Below are positions 59,491-64,000 of a DNA stretch of 64,000 nt, in pieces (positions within the stretch are counted from its first letter, which is position 1; every line of letters begins with the position of its first letter). This DNA is from Zancudomyces culisetae HAW-14-8 (taxonomy: Eukaryota > Fungi > Kickxellomycota), in contig JBNJNM010000011.1 of NCBI GenBank assembly GCA_052426225.1, positions 2,356,001 to 2,420,000 of the forward strand, in the 5' to 3' direction. Under the pieces are notes generated by a model that did not search any database, was not told the DNA's origin, and was given only the letters and a program-made list of their open reading frames with translations. Both the position numbers and the translations under genes were made by a program.

Positions 59491-60000
59491 TTAAATCTGA
59501 GAACTCGAAACACTGGAACTAGCATTGGTATGAGGGCCAGGGCAGACAATAAAATGTGTATAAATTTTTGCCCAATCAATTTTATCATTCTTGTCATACT
59601 TAAGCTGAAGTTCTAGAAGTCTCAATTTGGTTTCGTTATTCTGTTGCAGAGTAATTTGGTGTTTTTCTAGCTCAAATTTTGCCTTTTCTAGCTCTAGCTT
59701 TTCCTTTTCTAGTCCTAGCTTTTTCTTTTCTAGTCCTAGCCTTGCCTTTTCTTGATGTATTTCAAAATGTAATATTGAATATCCAAATATAATTTCCCTA
59801 ATCAGCCAAATGGGAATTAATATCAACGAAGCAACCTCTACCCTGTCAATGTGTTTAAAAATAAGAGTTTCCATAATAAAACCTAGTAAAAGACCAGCTA
59901 CAATAATTGACTCCGACTTTAAGAATATTATTAAAGTAGTCTTTGCTAACCTCCTTATCGTAGTTGACGATGATGTTTTTATACTTGAAGTGGTTGCCAT
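59491..60000 (-). CDS. Orphan protein with two hydrophobic segments and a heptad-repeat coiled coil, 169 aa
   Basis: ATG at 60000; hydrophobic IIVAGLLLGFIMETLIF and VASLILIPIWLI; 21-bp repeats encoding LGLEKKK-LGLEKEK-LELEKAK-FELEKHQ. Confidence 0.5.
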   Translation of the reverse strand: MATTSSIKTSSSTTIRRLAKTTLIIFLKSESIIVAGLLLGFIMETLIFKHIDRVEVASLILIPIWLIREIIFGYSILHFEIHQEKARLGLEKKKLGLEKEKLELEKAKFELEKHQITLQQNNETKLRLLELQLKYDKNDKIDWAKIYTHFIVCPGPHTNASSSVSSSQI

Positions 60001-60979
60001 ATTCAATACCAAAGATGTTTTATTTCAGTTCTAAATATACTCTATATTGTTTCTTTTAAGTATTATAAACAAATTCGAAAGGTATTTGTCCAATATGATG
60101 GACTTTATTGTTTATATTAAACTTCAATTATTTTAAAATAGAAAAAGCATAAACTCAATATCAATATATATTTCAACGAGCTCTATTTTTTTGAATAAGA
60201 AATATACTCTATTGAAAAAAGTATAACGTATATATATTTTTGAGATTATGTTACAAAGGCAGTATAGTTGTTTAGATTATTTTTATTGTGGCGTGAATAC
60301 GGAGAAAGTTAAATATTAGTAAATTATTATTCATTCTGTTTCTATTTTGCTAGTTTTAATTGAAGGAATTGAAAGTAATAATACTTGCTTTCAGACTTTT
60401 TTTTATTCAATAGCTCTATATCTGATAAACCAATATATAGTTTGATCTAATTTAGTGCTGAATGTGAAGAATCACTGTTTATTTTTATTCTTTGTTGACA
60501 GGTAAATAATAAAAGTCATTGAGTATAGTTTTAAATTAGTATTATGCCTTGGACTTGTTCTCTCAAATATAAACATTTAAGCAGTAAAAATCAAAGTGAT
60601 TATGGGTGTTGAACTAAATAACGAATACACCAAATAATGCTATGAGTTGAATTTCATTATAACTAAAGACCTAGAGCTGACTCCATGGATATAACGGATG
60701 AATGTAGCTATCACTACTATGCATCCCGTTTGTTGTTCGCATTCTTGAACCATTTTTTTAGTTCAATGCAAAAGCTCCGAAACTCCTAATAGTTCATATT
60801 CAACCTTCTGATTATTTCCTAATCAAATGCAAATATTTCATCACCACTAGATATATAATAGTTTGTTACACATACATTAAATAATACTCCATTAAACGCA
60901 AATCCAAAAAAAAACAATGTAGAAACAAAAAAAAAGGCAGTGTACAAAATAGAACCAACTAAATTCTAAACAGAAAGGT

Positions 60980-63650
60980 TGGAATTAAAAAAAAGCAATC
61001 TAATAATTGCATCACTTCTACAATATACTTACGAAAGCGATCAATGAGGTTATACAGATATCAACTTGATGGTATTCCCAGAAGCCACAGCTAAAACAGT
61101 TTACGAAAAGGAATGTGTAAGACTAACACTCTTTGATGGTATCAATGGGATTCTTGGGTCCATGAGTGGTGAATTTCTGACTGGCATCGCTATTATATTC
61201 ACAATATAAATTGGAAGTGAGGTTTCTACCATTGATACCACTGACATTTTTAGAATATCTGTATTTACAAGGTTGCTGTTATTTACACTAGTGCTGGTAT
61301 TTAGAGGTGTGTTTGCAGTTGCATTCACACTTGTATTCACAATGTTGTTAAAGTTGGAAATAGAATCGAGATACCGAGAGTAGTTACGAGGGGTTCCACT
61401 TTGAACAGGCTTGATTGGCTTGATAATAATAAACCCAATGTTGGTATCAAAATGAAATCTATTAAATGGACCATCACGCAAAGAAGCATCCAAATTATTC
61501 GAGGCGGCAGGATTCATATTAGCAGCCATAGAATTGACGGACGGATGATCGGAAAGTGGATCAAAGGAAGAATGAGAAGATGCATCGTCAGCATATGTTG
61601 TAGGTTCAACAAGGGGTGAAGAAGCGCTGTGGTGTTGAAATTAGAGAGGAAGCAAGTCGAATAAGGGTGCAGGGTTAAAGTCTATACAGATATCAGAGAC
61701 GGAATAAACGACAGTATTTGGAGGAGAATATTGAATCAAAAAGTCGGTTTTGAATTGGTATTTGTAGTATGATGGTAGCTCAATTGAAAGGTTTAATGGT
61801 AAGTTCATTGATAAAATGTTGATTTTTTGAAGGTAGCTGGGGGTAAATAAAGAAAAGTATGAAGAGTTTAAGAGGTAGAAAGTCGGGAGTAACAAAGCGC
61901 TACCATCATTATTATTGCCAATATTCTTACTACTATTTTTATCGCTACAGCCGCTAATGGTGTCAATACCAACACTACCAACATTATTGGTATTGAGATT
62001 AGTATTACTTATTTATCACTAGTCAAAGCCAGTGAATGTTTGTTTACAGAAGAATCAATGTTCTGATATTCAGGCTTTGTATACAACGTGTTACCAAACA
62101 AAACAAACAAATCAAATGTCCAAAACTCCCAAGAAAATTGAAAAGTAGAACGGTAGCCAACCGCATTGTTACCACCTAAACTGCCATTTTGAGCGCCACC
62201 AGCCTTAGAATTTTTGCTCCTAGATGAGTAACCTCCTTTGCTACTAGACAGTTCAAAGTCATTTGGAAGTCCAAGATGGCCTAGTTCACCAAAAGTATTG
62301 CTGTTGTTGGTCGCTTGAAAATAAATATCAGTATCGCTACAACCCAAGAAACCCCATCCCCTGATAATGTTGTAAATGACTTGGATGAACTTAAACTTGG
62401 GCTGTTTTTTATGTTACGATTCGATTTTTTGGTAGAGAATGAGTGACTTGATGATATTGAAAATGGTGCGGTATATCAACTTAGATAACGCACAAAACCA
62501 GTACCACGCATCAGAGACAGGTTGCCCTAGCAGTGAAGCATTTTTCTTGATGAAGAATCAATGGTACTCTCATATGGTGAAATTTCATAATCCTCTACTG
62601 TAGTATTTGAGTTCAATTTGAGTTTATTACTTTTGTGATTGTGTTCATGTTTGTGTTTAATTTTTGGATCGTGATAAATCGGGACGAATTAAATCCACAC
62701 TATCTTTGGTATCGACTTTTCTTATTATTGCAAGTGTGGAATGTCGTCATTTCATCAGATGTCAACCCCAAGTACTCAAAACACGGGGCTTTTGCTTTTT
62801 TGTTCAGGATTTTGTAGCTAGGAACCAATCCTTTACGAAACAAACTCCCATGGTCTCTTTGAAAATCTACAGCAAATTTTCGGAACTTTGGATAGTTTGG
62901 CGTATCTACCATATCAATCAGATATACAAAATTACTGGAATTGACTTTGCTGCTATCACTGGTGTTGTATATCCCTATCTTTTGCGACTGTGATATGTCT
63001 GCCACGAATTCCGAATAGTCACTAAGAACACATGCTTCAACTACCACTTCCTGAAATCGTTGTGGATCAACATACTTGACAGGAACACCAGACCTACTAA
63101 TTTGGCTAAACACTGCCTCACTCATTTCTGTTCTGAAGGATTCTATAATACTTTGAACCAAACTCACACTTGAAAACCGTAATTCATCGAATCCACACAA
63201 ATTGGGTCTCAATACACCTACACATACACTCGAGATTGAACACAAATACCTTGCTGTTTTTTTCTGTGTCACTACCCTCTGGTATCCCATCTTTTTTCTA
63301 TTCTTGGCCAAACCATTTTTTAACTGTATACTTGAAACATTCTCTTCCGCACTTTCCCATTCCTAGTCTTTCTACTTCCCTTTACTACCGCCACTAACTG
63401 TCTCTTGCTTCTTCTGTACAATCGATTCAACACCTAGGCTCCTAAAATTCTTCATAGTTATTCTATAAACTCCAAGATCTCATCAAAATATCGACCCATT
63501 TTCACTTACCACCACTATGTTTTTGTCACATCCACCGTCTCTACCAACAGCTACACCTATTATATCCATTGTTAGCTCCTCGGCATTTAGACAGATTTCA
63601 AACTCTATTTTTTTTACTTATTCTGCCATATTCAATTGCACTAGGTTGTT
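60980..63650 (-). pseudogene. Long disrupted ORF of unidentified family (about 900 codons)
   Basis: ORFs 62700-63311, 61641-61895 and 61101-61529 share one frame. The last two are separated by a single stop. 62009-62347 joins via a frameshift near 62012. Asn/Ser-rich linkers resemble those of real genes in this window. Confidence 0.5.
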
Positions 63651-64000
63651 TCTTTTCTCTTAACTAAAAAAACCCTCAAGCCCCCTTCTTTAAATTGGAA
63701 GACTTTCATTCATCCCGAGCGCCTTGTTTTTCAAAATATTCTGGATCGTGCTAAATCTCACTTGTTGCGCTCCCACTGCAGTATTACCCTTAGCTTCCTA
63801 TTCTTCGATTGACTTTAAATTGGTGTTGGACTGTGCATCTTCTCTGTGGTCGCCGTGAAATTTGCTTCCTCCACCGTATTTACCAAATTATTTTTTGAAC
63901 TGATTCCCAACTTTACGAAATTTCAAATATTTCCCTGTGCTTACTTGCTCCAAGCAAACTTGAGTATCTCTCAAATAACCACTCAATCAGATTTAGGCCT

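Overview
AT-rich eukaryotic (fungal) genomic DNA with short GT-AG introns. The gene content and protein style suggest an early-diverging fungus, plausibly Kickxellomycotina/Harpellales (insect-gut fungi); this assignment is inference, not a search result. The left ~39 kb is mostly housekeeping: complex I 24-kDa subunit (4 exons), cystathionine gamma-lyase, a BAG-domain protein, a PWWP-domain protein (5 exons), an MFS sugar porter plus a decayed tandem copy, GPI-transamidase PIG-U/Gab1 (5 exons) and COG7. Interspersed are a secreted Thr/Pro-repeat mucin/adhesin-like protein, a 9-exon gene I read as a homolog of the centriole protein CCDC77 (fragmented in the ORF track), and twin secreted His/Arg/Trp-rich small proteins with near-identical promoters. 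The right ~25 kb looks accessory: a large F-box-like/ankyrin gene and its pseudogenised paralog sharing a ~510-bp gene-conversion tract, a 34-Cys metallothionein, two decayed LINE 3' ends, a small Gly/Tyr-rich gene, a tandem 7TM GPCR-like pair, an orphan TM/coiled-coil ORF and a long disrupted ORF. No rRNA, tRNA or CRISPR array was recognised. All family assignments are from motif recall and by-eye alignment.
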